A stretch of DNA of 64,000 nucleotides, from positions 170,500,001 to 170,564,000 of the forward strand of contig NC_042997.1 of NCBI RefSeq assembly GCF_006345805.1. The letters run 5' to 3'. Position numbers and translations under genes: made by a program. The notes below the pieces were generated by a model, which worked only from the letters and a program-made list of their open reading frames with translations, did not search any database and was not told the origin of the DNA. This DNA comes from Octopus sinensis (Eukaryota). This document shows, piece by piece, positions 62,985 to 64,000 of the stretch (position 1 is the first letter of the stretch; the number at the start of each line of letters is the position of its first letter).

Positions 62985-64000
<1,016 letters not shown>

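Overview
Eukaryotic, AT-rich, extremely repeat-dense genomic DNA. The SINE families and microsatellite load look like octopus (cephalopod) DNA; this is recognition from memory, not a database result. No complete host gene can be built: there are only a few candidate + strand exons, consistent with large introns. The window holds a near-full-length RTE LINE (4.1-7.8 kb) and many RTE 3' fragments, four tRNA-derived SINE families, Tc1/mariner/maT relics, piggyBac-type and mariner MITEs, and 5'-truncated R4/Dong-type RLE retrotransposons in (TAA)n tracts. A ~550-bp non-coding element occurs only inside (TAA)n. The most interesting signal is a set of Penelope-like (PLE) fold-back remnants, mostly in (TA)n, that carry minimal hammerhead ribozymes which can be folded by hand. 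One is fully canonical (12348-12392). One has a compensatory U3-A8 core and lies in a perfect 274-bp inverted repeat (27361-27402 and mirror 27132-27173). A mirrored pair carries one different G-to-A lesion per copy (14218-14371). One sits in a hairpin loop (35097-35139), and there are further variants. Repeat boundaries are approximate unless exact junctions are stated.
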